A stretch of 63,632 nt of DNA, filler included, from Aduncisulcus paluster (Eukaryota): the NCBI GenBank assembly GCA_024181965.1. It is 23 parts of 23 records of this genome, joined end to end, with 100 filler letters (N's around TTAATTAATTAA, not from the genome) between each part and the next. Parts side by side here need not be neighbours in the genome. Positions count along the whole stretch, not along the records: positions 43,559 to 47,307 come from BQXS01010333.1; positions 47,408 to 48,736 come from BQXS01010334.1; positions 48,837 to 49,929 come from BQXS01010335.1; positions 50,030 to 51,174 come from BQXS01010337.1; positions 51,275 to 52,312 come from BQXS01010338.1; positions 52,413 to 53,657 come from BQXS01010341.1; positions 53,758 to 55,117 come from BQXS01010342.1; positions 55,218 to 56,434 come from BQXS01010343.1; 15 more parts are not named here. One strand, written 5' to 3'. The position numbers and the translations under genes were made by a program. Shown here piece by piece: positions 45,472 to 56,900 of the stretch; position 1 is the first letter of the stretch; the number at the start of each line of letters is the position of its first letter. A model generated the notes under the pieces. The model was not told the DNA's origin. It did no database searches and saw only the letters and a list, made by a program, of their open reading frames with translations.

Positions 45472-46557
45472 ATGAAACCACAACTTATACAGCTTCTTCA
45501 TGAAGGAGATGAAAATAGCTGCCCTATTTCAAGAGATTCCCCCAATATTACGAGTCCACAGTTTTTAAGTATCAAAGCTATATATGGAACCAAGGGAAAC
45601 GAGGATAGAAATTACGACCAGAGTTTTGAAGCTCAAGCCATGATGAAAGGGGAATACAACAAGGGAGTATTTACTCATATATCAATACCTTTTAGTTCAT
45701 CTTCCCCAATGAAAGGTGCTTACATTTGTTTACATAGTCAATCGTGGACTTCACCTCCATCACACCTTATCTTCACTCTTACATCTTCAAAGGGCGAAAA
45801 AACATCCAAGAAATACGAATTTCCTGAATTTAAAGGTTTTTATTGGTTTTTCCTTCCTGTTGATCTCTCTGATGTTGTTTTCTGTGAGATTACAGGGAAA
45901 GGAAGAAACGAATCATCGGGAGCTTGTTTTGGAATCCTCTCTCTTTTTTTCTTTCGAAAAGAAACTCACGATGAAATTTTGGTTCGCAAAGCTAGAGAGA
46001 AACAATGGTATGATGCTCCCATTATAAAATCAGAGTTTGTGAAGGAAGCAGATTTTAAATCGCTAGGTAGAAATTCCATTCCTATTCCACGTGGTAATCC
46101 AATGGTTATAAAGCCTTCATTCTCAAGGATAATAGGGAAATGTGAGGCAAGGAGTAAGGAATCTAAAGAATATGATCAAAGTTCAAATGCACGAAGAATG
46201 TTGAAGGGGGAAGATTATGTATCCTTATCACATCTTTCTATCCCTTTCCCGTCACCTAATCCTATGAAAGGTGCTTATATCTGTGTGGATGAGTATAGTT
46301 CACCCTCTCTTCTCTTTACTTTCACTGATTGTGATGGCAAGAAGACATCCAAGAAGTATGAATTTACAAAACCTAAACATTACTATGAATGGCACTTTCT
46401 TCCTATTGATTTGGATAATGTTGTATTGTGTGAGATTGAAGGAGAAGGAAGATGGAAATCTAACAATTGCCGATGTTTCAATATCTATTGCCTTGTATAT
46501 ACTATGCCAGAGGAAACCATTGCAGCTGAACGATTATCTCTTCTTCCATGGAAATAA
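45472..46557 (+). CDS. Protein made of two tandem copies of an uncharacterised ~180-aa beta-rich domain
   Basis: Both halves carry YDQS..A..M.KGE, H(I/L)SIPF.S..PMKGAYIC, F.T...G.KTSKKYEF and W.FLP(V/I)DL..VV.CEI.G.G. Confidence 0.8.
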   Translation: MKPQLIQLLHEGDENSCPISRDSPNITSPQFLSIKAIYGTKGNEDRNYDQSFEAQAMMKGEYNKGVFTHISIPFSSSSPMKGAYICLHSQSWTSPPSHLIFTLTSSKGEKTSKKYEFPEFKGFYWFFLPVDLSDVVFCEITGKGRNESSGACFGILSLFFFRKETHDEILVRKAREKQWYDAPIIKSEFVKEADFKSLGRNSIPIPRGNPMVIKPSFSRIIGKCEARSKESKEYDQSSNARRMLKGEDYVSLSHLSIPFPSPNPMKGAYICVDEYSSPSLLFTFTDCDGKKTSKKYEFTKPKHYYEWHFLPIDLDNVVLCEIEGEGRWKSNNCRCFNIYCLVYTMPEETIAAERLSLLPWK

Positions 46558-46814
46558 TTCAAGAAATGGTGTGAAATGCTAATATTGTGTGAAGAATATA
46601 TATAATTTATATAGTACCTGTTTTTATTTCCGAGGTCTTTATTCTAGATTGTTGGACAAAATCCTATGAGTTGGAAACAGAAGTCGAATGTGATGCATTC
46701 AATGTATTGTCCCGGAAAGAGATCCACAAACGGGGTTTGAGAACTTTGATTTCTGAGCAAGAGAAAATAAATCTAAAAACCAATAAAATCAATTCGTTTG
46801 TTCTTTTCAGGTCG

Positions 46815-46993
46815 TTATTTCTTGATTCCTAATAATTCAACATCAAATATGAGAGTGGAATCAGGTCTATCACCATAACCATAATCAGGATCGATTTGAT
46901 TACAATCGTGGCTCTTTCACCAACACTTAATGTAAGAAAGGCTTCATCCCAAACACTGATAACCATACCCATTCCAACTGCAAATTCAAAAAC
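46815..46993 (-). pseudogene. FKBP-type peptidyl-prolyl isomerase remnant
   Basis: VFEFAVGMGMVISVWDEAFLTLSVGERATIVI [frameshift, AAATC duplication] DPDYGYGDRPDSTLIFDVELLGIKK* matches the C-terminal half of FKBP12. Not in the ORF track. Confidence 0.7.
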
Positions 46994-47407
46994 CTACGAT
47001 ATCACTTTCCATGATTGTCACATTGTCAATCTAGGTGAAATAGCACAAAGCTCAGTATTAAATGTATCAGATGATCAGGATCTGGCATTGGAGTTGGAGT
47101 TGGAGTTGGAGTTGGGTCCGGAATGAAATGGGAGGAGGAAATGTCGTGTTCCATGAAGCATCAGGGGATTAGATTCGTAGTAGTATACAGACATATGTAT
47201 ACCATCATATTCCGAGTTCTTGATATTTTTGATTGTAAGCAAAAGAAAGTGAAAATGAACAGAAAGGCAAGGATAAAGATAGAAATGAAATGGAAATATA
47301 TCCATGTNNNNNNNNNNNNNNNNNNNNNNNNNNNNNNNNNNNNNNNNNNNNTTAATTAATTAANNNNNNNNNNNNNNNNNNNNNNNNNNNNNNNNNNNNN
47401 NNNNNNN

Positions 47408-48306
47408 CCAAAATCTTTCATAATCTCTTTAGTTTCATTTGTATTGTCTAAAAATATTAAAACACCACCTTTATCATCTAAAAAATTAATAGATTTTAAA
47501 ATTGAGTTTAATTTATCCTCATTTAAAAAGAGGTTGATATCGTATTCTACATTATGAAATTTTACTAGTGAAGTTTCGTTTATTTGACCAAATTGAATTA
47601 CTGTATGTTTATTTCCTAAATGATCTTCAAATATTTTCTTACTTACATTATGCGACATAAAAGAAGTTTTTTCTGTTGAAATTTCTTTTACAAGCGATTC
47701 ATGAGCCATTCTGTATTCAACCAAATCAGATATATACACTTGTTTCATAGTGTGTTTTTCTGCAAATATATCAAGATCATCTCTTCTAGCCATCGTTCCA
47801 TCTTCTTTCATGATTTCACAAATTACAGCTTCTCCTGCAAGTCCAGCTAATTTACACAAATCAACACTACCTTCAGTGTGACCTGTTCTTGCTAGTACAC
47901 CTCCATCTTTTGCAATAAGAGGAAAAATATGACCTGGTCGAACTAACTCTACTGCTTTACTAATTGGGTTGGCTAAGATTCTAATAGTGTCATCTCTTTC
48001 ACCGGCACTAATACCTGTACTTGCTTTTGCACAATCTACAGAAACTGTAAACGCTGTTTCATATGATGAAGTGTTTGATGCTACCATTGGATTTAGTTCT
48101 AATCTATTTGCAGTTTCTTTAGAAACAGCTACACATATTAAACCTTTTGCATGAGTTGCCATGAAATTTACTTTTTGATCATCACTTAATGCTGCTGAAT
48201 AAACCAAATCACCTTCATTTTCTCTATCTTCATCATCTAGCATTATTACCATATTGCCTTTTTTGATCTCTTCTATTGCTTCTATTACTCTTTTAATTGC
48301 TGACAT
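47408..48306 (-). CDS. ribBA: Bifunctional DHBP synthase / GTP cyclohydrolase II-like protein (3' partial)
   Basis: DDEDRENEGDL, TAFTVSVD, RPGHIFPL, RTGHTEGSVDL and ICEIMKEDGTMARR. Confidence 0.93.
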
Positions 48307-48337
48307 ATATAATAACCTTTATCATTTAATTAGTATG

Positions 48338-48346
48338 ATTATAGCA
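48338..48346 (-). promoter_or_regulatory. Extended -10 promoter for ribBA
   Basis: TGCTATAAT on the minus strand about 30 nt upstream of the ATG, with an AAGG RBS. Confidence 0.55.
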
Positions 48347-48374
48347 CAAATTTTAAAATTTGTCACAAAAAGGC

Positions 48375-48403
48375 TTGACAAAAAAAAATTTATTTACTAT
48401 AAT
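48375..48403 (+). promoter_or_regulatory. Consensus sigma70 promoter for the tRNA operon
   Basis: TTGACA (48375-80), 17 nt, TATAAT (48398-403). Confidence 0.85.
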
Positions 48404-48431
48404 TCCGACACTTAAAACATAAGTAACATGA

Positions 48432-48506
48432 TGGGGTATCGCCAAGCGGTAAGGCATCAGCTTTTGGTGCTGACATTCCTAGGTTCGAATCCTAGTATCC
48501 CATCCA
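48432..48506 (+). tRNA. tRNA-Gln(TTG)
   Basis: Cloverleaf TGGGGTA/TATCCCA, anticodon arm TCAGC-TTTTGGT-GCTGA, GGTTCGAATCC and encoded CCA. Confidence 0.96.
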
Positions 48507-48511
48507 CAGTT

Positions 48512-48588
48512 CGCGGAATAGAGCAGCTTGGTAGCTCGACGGGCTCATAACCCGTAGGTCGCTGGTTCAAATCCAGCTTCCGCAACCA
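48512..48588 (+). tRNA. Initiator tRNA-fMet(CAT)
   Basis: C1:A72 mismatch, GGG/CCC anticodon stem around CTCATAA, GGTTCAAATCC and CCA end. Confidence 0.96.
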
Positions 48589-48836
48589 AATAAATCATAA
48601 TTTTTTATTATATTTATTACTAGAAATTTATAACATTAGTTATATCTTATCTCCCACTTATTTTATATATGTATATAGAATTTCGCCCCGTAAAGCAAAA
48701 TTTAAAAATAAGGAGAAATAATGTCAATCTTAAACANNNNNNNNNNNNNNNNNNNNNNNNNNNNNNNNNNNNNNNNNNNNTTAATTAATTAANNNNNNNN
48801 NNNNNNNNNNNNNNNNNNNNNNNNNNNNNNNNNNNN

Positions 48837-49138
48837 TAAGTCTTTTACTTAGTTGTGAACAGAGAAAATCATTTGAAAATATTTTTACAAATTGGATTTT
48901 GGTAAAAAAGATTTTAAATCTAAAAGGTAAAAATGGTTACGCGTATAATCATGCTTTTGATCAGATGATTCATAAATATGCAGAACTTGAAGAGGAGCAA
49001 AATGAGTCACATTTATTATCATTGAAAAATATTGTAGCACAAGGAACAATAGAGAAAAATCTTGAAGCAATTAAAGATAAAAATATTTTGATAAATGGTT
49101 ATACTAAATTTAAAATAGAAAAAGCAAAGGAAAAGTGA
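48837..49138 (+). CDS. Hypothetical protein (5' partial), coupled to the PAS protein
   Basis: Open frame whose TGA overlaps the next ATG (GTGATG). Confidence 0.55.
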
Positions 49139-49929
49139 TGGATCGTTATACAAATTTTGATATTGATTTTTTACTTGCTCTTTATGGAGAAAATGTTATT
49201 GCTTCGCTTACTGATTGTAAGGGAATTATAACATATGTAAGCGATGCGTATGTACAAATCTCAGGTTACAGTAAATCTGAATTATTAGGATCTCCTCAAA
49301 ATATAGTAAGACACCCTGATATGGATCCTCTTTTTTTCAAAGAGTTATGGGAAACAATATCTTCTGGAAAAATTTGGAAAGGGGAGATTAAAAATCTAAA
49401 AAAGAATAAAGATTTTTATTGGGTTAAAGCAACTATAACAGCACAAAAAGATAATGAAGGTAATATTATAGGATATGCCTCTGTTCGACAAGATATTACA
49501 GATAAGAAAAAAGCTATCGAGTTACATACTCAGATCCGAAATATGATTGATAATATTGAAGATGGTTTTTTAATTTTTGATAAAAATTTAGAAGTTGAAG
49601 GGAGTTATTCTAAAAGTTGTTTAAAGATACTCAATCAAAATGAACTTTTAAAAAAAGACATATCAGAAGTATTGTTTGACAATGATAAAGAGAAAAAAGA
49701 AACATTTATATTTGGATGTAAACAAATATTTAATACAGAGTGTCAAGATACGAAAGAGATATATCTAAGCTTGATGCCATCTCATCATTTTAATTCTAGT
49801 GGTGAATTTACAATTCATTACAAACTCTTAGAAAATGATAAGTTACTTTTACTATTTAGCGATATTACGCTTCAAGTTCAGTTAGAAAAAAAGATGAAAT
49901 ATGAGCAAAAAAAGCAAAAAATGTTTATC
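49138..49929 (+). CDS. PAS-domain sensor protein (3' partial)
   Basis: Aer-type PAS/PAC (GIITYVSDAY..SGYS..EL.G.PQNIVRHPDM...WKGEIKN...YWV) and a second PAS-like segment. Confidence 0.85.
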
Positions 49930-50029
49930 NNNNNNNNNNNNNNNNNNNNNNNNNNNNNNNNNNNNNNNNNNNNTTAATTAATTAANNNNNNNNNNNNNNN
50001 NNNNNNNNNNNNNNNNNNNNNNNNNNNNN

Positions 50030-51174
50030 CAGATAAACTCTATAAAAGTATCGGATTTGGTATGATAGCCACTACGATTATGCAATCAAGTTCATTGGTT
50101 TCAGTGCTTACAATTTCATTTTTAGGTGCTGGACTAATAGGACTTGCACAAGGTATAGGGATAGTTTTTGGTGCAAACATAGGAACTACTACAGGTGCTT
50201 GGCTTGTAGCAGGATTTGGACTCAAAGTTGATATAGCTGCTTATGCGATGCCAATGCTTGTATTTGGTATTATTCTTATTTTTCAAAAAGCAAAAGGGCT
50301 TAAAGGTATAGGATATATTTTATCAGGTTTAGGGTTTTTATTTTTAGGTATCCACTATATGAAAGATGGATTTGAAGCTTTTAAAAGTACTATTGATTTA
50401 GCTTCATTTGGTGGCACAGGTATCAAATATCTTTTTATATTTACCGGTATTGGTATTTTTGCTACTGTTGTTATGCAGTCTTCTCATGCTACCCTTGTAC
50501 TTATTATTACAGCATTAGCTGTTGGACAAATATCGTATGAAAATGCTTTAGCTTTAGCTATTGGGGCAAATGTTGGTACGACTATTACGGCAATCATTGG
50601 AGCTATGAGTTCAAATATCGCAGGGAAAAGATTAGCAGTAGCGCATCTGATATTTAATGTAGTCACAGGATTAATAGCGATTGTTTTCATTCATCAAATA
50701 ATGTTTAGTGTTGATTTTATTAGTAGTTATGTAGGTATTGCAAATGATGATTACACACTAAAATTAGCTATTTTTCATACTATTTTTAATGCTATTGGAG
50801 TTCTTGTTATGATTCCATTTATAAATAGACTTGTACTGTTTCTTGAATCTGTACTCAAAGAAAAGATACAAGATACAACAAATAAATTACAATATGCAAC
50901 ACCTAAATACCTAAATGTTTCTGTACTAGAACTCCCATCAACAGCAATGGCAGCAATAATTGGAGAAACGAAACATCTTTATGATAACTCATTTGAAATT
51001 ATTACTCATGGACTCAATCTGCAAAGAAAAAGAATCATATCCTCTCTTCCTTTAGATGAGGTGATTGAAAAAGAATATAGTGACTTACCAGTCAATATCG
51101 ATGATTTTTATAATTATAAAATAAAAGGCATTTATGGGGAGATTATAGATTTTTCTACAAAAGCACAAAGTGAT
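50030..51174 (+). CDS. Na/Pi cotransporter family protein (partial at both ends)
   Basis: Two MQSS(S/H) motifs and two GAN(I/V)GTT motifs. Confidence 0.92.
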
Positions 51175-51274
51175 NNNNNNNNNNNNNNNNNNNNNNNNNN
51201 NNNNNNNNNNNNNNNNNNTTAATTAATTAANNNNNNNNNNNNNNNNNNNNNNNNNNNNNNNNNNNNNNNNNNNN

Positions 51275-52231
51275 GCAGAAAAACATACAGAAACTCTAAT
51301 CCCTGGTATGACACATCTTCAACACGCTCAACCGATAAATTTTGGATATCATCTTTTAGCTTATGCCAATATGTTCAAACGGGATTTTGAACGCTTTGAA
51401 AGCTCATATATCAGAAATAACAACTGTCCACTTGGAAGTGCTGCACTTGCTGGTACTCCACATAATATTGATAGATTTAAAACAGCCGAACTTTTAGGTT
51501 TCAATTCTCCAACACCATCAGCACTTGATACAAGTAGTAATAGAGATTTTGCCTTAGAAATATTATTTAATATCTCAACTACTGTTATGCATATAAGTAG
51601 ACTAAGTGAGGAGTTGATTTTATGGTCAAGTTATGAGTTTGGATTTGTAAAAATAAGTGATGAATATGCAACTACAAGTTCAATTATGCCACAAAAGAAA
51701 AATCCAGATGTACCTGAACTTTTAAGAGGAAAAACAGGAAGAGTGTATGGAAATCTCATCAGTTTACTTACAGTAATGAAAGGTTTACCACTAGCATACA
51801 ATAAAGATACTCAAGAAGATAAAGAGAGTGTTTTTGATAGTGTTCAAACCTGTGAAATCTCTTTAGATATTGTTACAGCAGTAATGGATACACTTATTAT
51901 AAATGTAGATAAAATGGAAAAAGCTTGTAAGGTTGGTCATTTAAGTGCAACAGATTTAGCAGATTATTTAGTTCAAAAAGCAAACTTACCATTTAGAAAA
52001 GCATACTATATTACAAAAGATGTAGTAGCCACAGCAAACAAACTTAATAAAGATATGAGCGAATTAACGATTGAAGAGATTCGAAGTTCAAATGAAGAGA
52101 TAAAAAATATTGATAACGAGATTTTAAGCTATTTAGATTTGAGAAATTCAATGAATGCACGAACATCATTTGGTGGAACAAGTACGCAAAGAACCAAAGA
52201 ACAAATCAGCTATTTTAAAGATTGGTTATAA
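51275..52231 (+). CDS. argH: Argininosuccinate lyase (5' partial)
   Basis: [31 protein letters not shown] and [10 protein letters not shown]. Confidence 0.97.
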   Translation, partial: AEKHTETLIPGMTHLQHAQPINFGYHLLAYANMFKRDFERFESSYIRNNNCPLGSAALAGTPHNIDRFKTAELLGFNSPTPSALDTSSNRDFALEILFNISTTVMHISRLSEELILWSSYEFGFVKISDEYATTSSIMPQKKNPDVPELLRGKTGRVYGNLISLLTVMKGLPLAYNKDTQEDKESVFDSVQTCEISLDIVTAVMDTLIINVDKMEKACKVGHLSATDLADYLVQKANLPFRKAYYITKDVVATANKLNKDMSELTIEEIRSSNEEIKNIDNEILSYLDLRNSMNARTSFGGTSTQRTKEQISYFKDWL

Positions 52232-52258
52232 AAAGTATTGCATTTTGCAATACTTTTT
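52230..52258 (+). terminator. Intrinsic terminator after argH
   Basis: AAAAAGTATTGCA-TTT-TGCAATACTTTTT perfect inverted repeat with a T tail. Confidence 0.75.
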
Positions 52259-52412
52259 ACAGATTTTGAAAATAAACACTATAATTACACATAATTAAAA
52301 CATTTGAGGAAANNNNNNNNNNNNNNNNNNNNNNNNNNNNNNNNNNNNNNNNNNNNTTAATTAATTAANNNNNNNNNNNNNNNNNNNNNNNNNNNNNNNN
52401 NNNNNNNNNNNN

Positions 52413-53441
52413 AGCTTCAATTGCTATTTTCCCTTTTGCTATTTTTTCTTTTGCCGATATAATTTTATGTTCATCATTGTCTCCATAAACAAGTTCATTG
52501 ATTCCTGGAACATACGCATTCATATCATGAAAACCTAAAATTGAAAGAGCATAAGGAACTTCGATACTCCAAAGAAATTCATCTGTATCATCACCTATTT
52601 TCTTATCTTCATTTAGCTGTCCAATCGCCACTATACTTGCTCGCTTATGACCATCATATAAACCTTCCATTGCGGCTAATTTCATAGGCTGATGTTGTGC
52701 AACTTGATGTGCTGATTCATCTCCTGATAGTATTAAAAACATTGAAGTAATTAGTCCAAAGGTTGCACCAACAACCATACTTTTTTTGGCTTTTACTACA
52801 TCTTTGTTTTTTAATAAATAATAAGCACTAATACCTACAACAAATAATGCGCCCATCACATAACCACTACCTATAGTGTGTAAAAACTTTGAATAAGCAG
52901 TTGGGTTAAACACTACATCCCAAAAACTTTCCATCTCAAATCGTGCAGAATCGACATTAAATTTCATACCTACAGGATGTTGCATCCAACCATTTGCAAC
53001 AAGTATCCACAATGCAGATAAATTAGAACCAATTGCAACTAACCATGTAGATGTTAAGTGCATCTGTTTACTTACTTTATCCCATCCAAAAAACATAATT
53101 GCAAAAAATGTTGACTCCATAAAAAATGCCATAAGTCCTTCAATAGCAAGCGGAGCTCCAAATATATCTCCCACTATCCATGAGTAGTTTGACCAGTTGG
53201 TACCAAATTCAAATTCCATAATGATACCAGTTGCTAAACCAATGGCAAAATTAATAGCAAATAGAGTCATCCAAAATTTGGTAATCTCTTTCCATATAAT
53301 ATTTCCAGTTTTAACATAAATCGTTTCCATAATTGCAATAATAAATGATAAACCTAATGTAAGTGGTACAAAAAGCCAATGGTATAATGCTGTTAATGCA
53401 AATTGTGCCCTTGACCAATCAACTAAAAGTGTGTCTTCCAT
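52413..53441 (-). CDS. cydA: Cytochrome bd oxidase subunit I (3' partial)
   Basis: SRAQFALT..YHWLFVP, MEFEFGTNW, WILVANGWMQHP and QPMKLAAMEG. Confidence 0.96.
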
Positions 53442-53444
53442 ATT

Positions 53445-53657
53445 TTATAATCCTTTAGTTAAATTTTCTAATACATGAGATGATCTTTGTTCATCTGTAT
53501 CAAAATTGGTTTTTAAAAAGTTTGGGAAAAAGAATATTTTCATAATAAGTATAAATACTACAAATTTAAATGCAATGATTTTCCATAACAGTTTTCCTGT
53601 TTTCATATCTTTAAAACCATCTATATAAAGACTAAAAATATTTCTAAAAATGTTATG
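53445..53657 (-). CDS. DUF4492-type small membrane protein upstream of cydA (5' partial)
   Basis: YIDGFKDMKTGKLLWKII..K......MKIFFFPNFL, translated by hand. Typical position before cydA. Confidence 0.8.
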   Translation of the reverse strand, partial: HNIFRNIFSLYIDGFKDMKTGKLLWKIIAFKFVVFILIMKIFFFPNFLKTNFDTDEQRSSHVLENLTKGL

Positions 53658-53757
53658 NNNNNNNNNNNNNNNNNNNNNNNNNNNNNNNNNNNNNNNNNNN
53701 NTTAATTAATTAANNNNNNNNNNNNNNNNNNNNNNNNNNNNNNNNNNNNNNNNNNNN

Positions 53758-55117
53758 TGTTAATATTTTTGCAACAATTAAAGCTATAAAAACAGTAACT
53801 GTAGATATAAAAAACATCATTAGTGCCATATCAGGTTTAAAAAATGCTCCTAAGAGTAAAGTATAAAAAGGTACTTTTGCTAAACAATTCATATATGGTA
53901 CTGTTAGTATTGTTGCCATTCTTGCACGGTCATCTGCTATACCTTTTGTCGCCATAACTCCTGGAACGGCACATCCTCCAACCATTGCACCGCCTAAAAC
54001 TAGGGGGAGCGTTGACTGTCCATGAAGCCCAAATTTTTTGAAAATCCTATCAAGAATAAAAGCCATTCTAGGCATATATCCAACATCTTCCATAATAGCA
54101 ATAAGCGCAAAAAGTATAAAGAAAATAGGAATATAGTTTGCTAAAGCATTGGCACTATTAACCATCCATATAGCAAAATCAGTAATAAGTGGAACCTCTG
54201 TAAAATAAGCCTTTGGCATAAGATCAATAACAAAGTTTTTAAAAGCAGCTAAAAGTGGCCAAGTATAATCTGTGAGTTTGTATCCATAAACAATTGAGAG
54301 TTCATAAACCAAAAACATAATAGCAAATAAAATAGGCAATGCTAAAAATCTATTGAGAATTATTTTGTCAGCTTTATCTGTAAGTGTTTCTTTCCCTTTA
54401 TTGTTCTCTTTGACTGATTTGTGATAGATTATATCTGCACTATCGTATCTAAATGTTGCTAGAAATGAAACACTATCTTTGTCATAAATGGAGTGAAATT
54501 TATCTTCTTGTTCCTTGGCTAAAGTCTCTATATCATGATATTCTTGTTTTAAATGGCTAATAATAGTTGTATCACCCTCTAAAACTTTTATTGCCATCCA
54601 TCTTTTGTTTAATGAAGATGTTGTATCTTGAATCGTATTTTCTATAATATTTATATGCGGTTCTAACTCTTCATAGTTTATTTTGAACTCTTCATAATAA
54701 CTTTTTGCATTGGCAGTTTCGACGATTGTTTTCATAATCTTTTCACCCCCAATACCTTTAGCACCACTAGCTTCAATAACTGGACAACCAAGCATTTTGG
54801 ATATTTTTTGGCTATCTATATCCATACCTCGTCTTTTAGCTACATCCATCATATTCAGGACAACAATAACAGGCATCCCTATCTCTAGAAGTTGGAAAGT
54901 AAGATAGAGATTTCTTTTTATATTTGAGGCATCCACCACATTTACAATGACATCTGGATTTTCATCTATGATAAACTCTTTTGCAACTCTTTCTTCTAGT
55001 GAGTAGGAACTAAAAGAATAAGTCCCAGGTAAATCAACCATCTCTATTTTTTGCTTGTTGTACTTGAAAAAACCTACTTTTTTATCTACAGTTACACCTG
55101 GATAGTTTGCTATATGT
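53758..55117 (-). CDS. feoB: Ferrous iron transporter FeoB (partial at both ends)
   Basis: ANYPGVTVDKK, VDLPGTYS, NVVDASN..RNLYL, LNMMD and EDVGYMPRMAF. Confidence 0.96.
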
Positions 55118-55217
55118 NNNNNNNNNNNNNNNNNNNNNNNNNNNNNNNNNNNNNNNNNNNNTTAATTAATTAANNNNNNNNNNNNNNNNNNNNNNNNNNN
55201 NNNNNNNNNNNNNNNNN

Positions 55218-55671
55218 CACTCATAAACTCTTGTTCTCTATCCATAACAAATCCGTTTGTTTCACCATGTACACATAAAGGAATATTTAGTTCTGCCATT
55301 GCATTTAATGTTGGAGCTAAAGATTCGGTATCTATTGTTTGTACACCATCATCACTGTTTGTAGTAATACCAGCAGGATAAAGTTTAATCGCTGAAATAT
55401 CATCTTTTACCTCTTCTAAAAACTCTTTTGTATATGGTTTAAAAAAGAGTGTCATAAATGGAGTGAAGTTATCTTTTTCATCAATAGATTCTAAAATTCT
55501 GTTCCTATACTCTACAACAGCTTTTTTTGTATCTACAACTGGTACTAGGTTTGGCATTATAATTGCACCTGCAAATGTTTTTGAAGTTAGTGGGGCAACT
55601 AAGTTTAACATATCAGCATCTCTTAAATGCAGATGCATATCAAATGGGCTTGTAAGTGTAATTTTGTTCAT
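55218..55671 (-). CDS. pyrC: Dihydroorotase (3' partial)
   Basis: DMHLHLRD, IIMPNL, KLYPAGITTNS and CVHGE. Its own TGTTATAAT extended -10 lies at 55704-55712. Confidence 0.95.
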
Positions 55672-55771
55672 AATGAGTAATTCCTAAAATAATTTTATAA
55701 CCTATTATAACAAAAAAGTTATTATAAATTAGATTAGCAATAATTTAAAAGGGTAAAATATATTTTTAAAA

Positions 55772-56296
55772 CTAACTAGCTTTTAATATATCTTTTGAGT
55801 TTTTAGCAGTGATCATTTTATTTTGAATATCAACATTTACAATATAGTTATCAGTATAAGGGATCAAAAAAGTATTTGCATAGTTCTCTTTTACTAGTTC
55901 TTGTTTTGTTTCAATTACTAAATAATCACTTAAAGGCATCCGTTGAATATCTGAAATTTTCCCAAGTATTTCACCATTTTCTTGAAATTCACAATCGATT
56001 ATATCAAACCAAAAATATTGTTTATCACCTAATTTACAGTTTTCTCTTGTATCTTTATCTGATACAAAAAGTTGTCTGTTTGTAAGTCTTTTAGCATCTT
56101 CAATAGTATCTATACCTATAAATTTTACTACACCACTTGTAGCGTTATATGTTTCTATTATAAGTTCTTGATTTTTGTCTGTTGTAAGTTTTGTGTCTTT
56201 TTTGAATTGATCAGGAAAATCTGAATCTATATGTAGTTTTTGTTGCCCTTTAAGACCAACAGTTTTTCCTAGTTTTGCAATATAAATCTTTTCCAT
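55772..56296 (-). CDS. rimM: Ribosome maturation factor RimM
   Basis: AKLGKTVGLKG, A..LTN..L, YFWFDII and FLIPY. Follows the KH-domain gene. Confidence 0.93.
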   Translation of the reverse strand: MEKIYIAKLGKTVGLKGQQKLHIDSDFPDQFKKDTKLTTDKNQELIIETYNATSGVVKFIGIDTIEDAKRLTNRQLFVSDKDTRENCKLGDKQYFWFDIIDCEFQENGEILGKISDIQRMPLSDYLVIETKQELVKENYANTFLIPYTDNYIVNVDIQNKMITAKNSKDILKAS

Positions 56297-56434
56297 TATT
56301 TTGCCATAACTTGAATTTTATACGAATTTCCATCTTTTGCTTTACAACCATTTAAAATAGTTTTAATAGCATTTATCATATTTCCATTCTTACCTATTAA
56401 TTTACCTATATCACTATTGTTTGCAATTATAGTG
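56296..56434 (-). CDS. khpA: KH-domain RNA-binding protein (5' partial)
   Basis: DIGKLIGKNGNMINAIKTILNGCKAK. Its TAA overlaps the rimM ATG. Confidence 0.85.
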
Positions 56435-56534
56435 NNNNNNNNNNNNNNNNNNNNNNNNNNNNNNNNNNNNNNNNNNNNTTAATTAATTAANNNNNNNNNN
56501 NNNNNNNNNNNNNNNNNNNNNNNNNNNNNNNNNN

Positions 56535-56675
56535 ACTCTAAGTACAAGATAAGCATTGAGAATATTACACAATATTCTGACTGCTTCTCTTAGACCTTTA
56601 CAATCACATTAAAGGGCAACTCCCCAGGGTAGGAATACAGCAAGGAACCTTTTTTTGTCGGTGTGTTTAGGTATC
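56535..56675 (+). ncRNA. Putative 6S RNA (5' truncated)
   Basis: Long irregular hairpin (TCTAAG/CTTAGA, AAGCA/TGCTT, AGAATATT-ACAC-AATATTCT), then a 3' strand AAAGGGCAAC..AGGGTAGGAA..AGCAAGGA..TTTTGTCGGT that I recall as resembling epsilonproteobacterial ssrS. Hairpin GGGAG..CTCCC follows at about 56677-56695. Confidence 0.5.
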
Positions 56676-56780
56676 TGGGAGGAGTACTTACTCCCCATCT
56701 AATACAATCCAATAAACCCCATAGTAAAAGCACTCATAAAGAATTAAAACAATATAATAGTCTAACTTAATCTAATACAA

Positions 56781-56864
56781 GGTAACAGAATTTACTACCT
56801 TTATGTTACCCCATACGCTACCTTGATATATTTAGGGAACAATTGGGTAACAAAATAAGGAACA
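56781..56864. promoter_or_regulatory. Putative integrase arm-type binding sites (att-flanking)
   Basis: Repeated GG(T)AACA motif at 56781, 56835, 56845 and 56858, with an inverted TGTTACC at 56804, just upstream of the integrase. Confidence 0.5.
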
Positions 56865-56900
56865 AATTTATATCAAAACCTTGTATCTAAAGGCTTTAAA

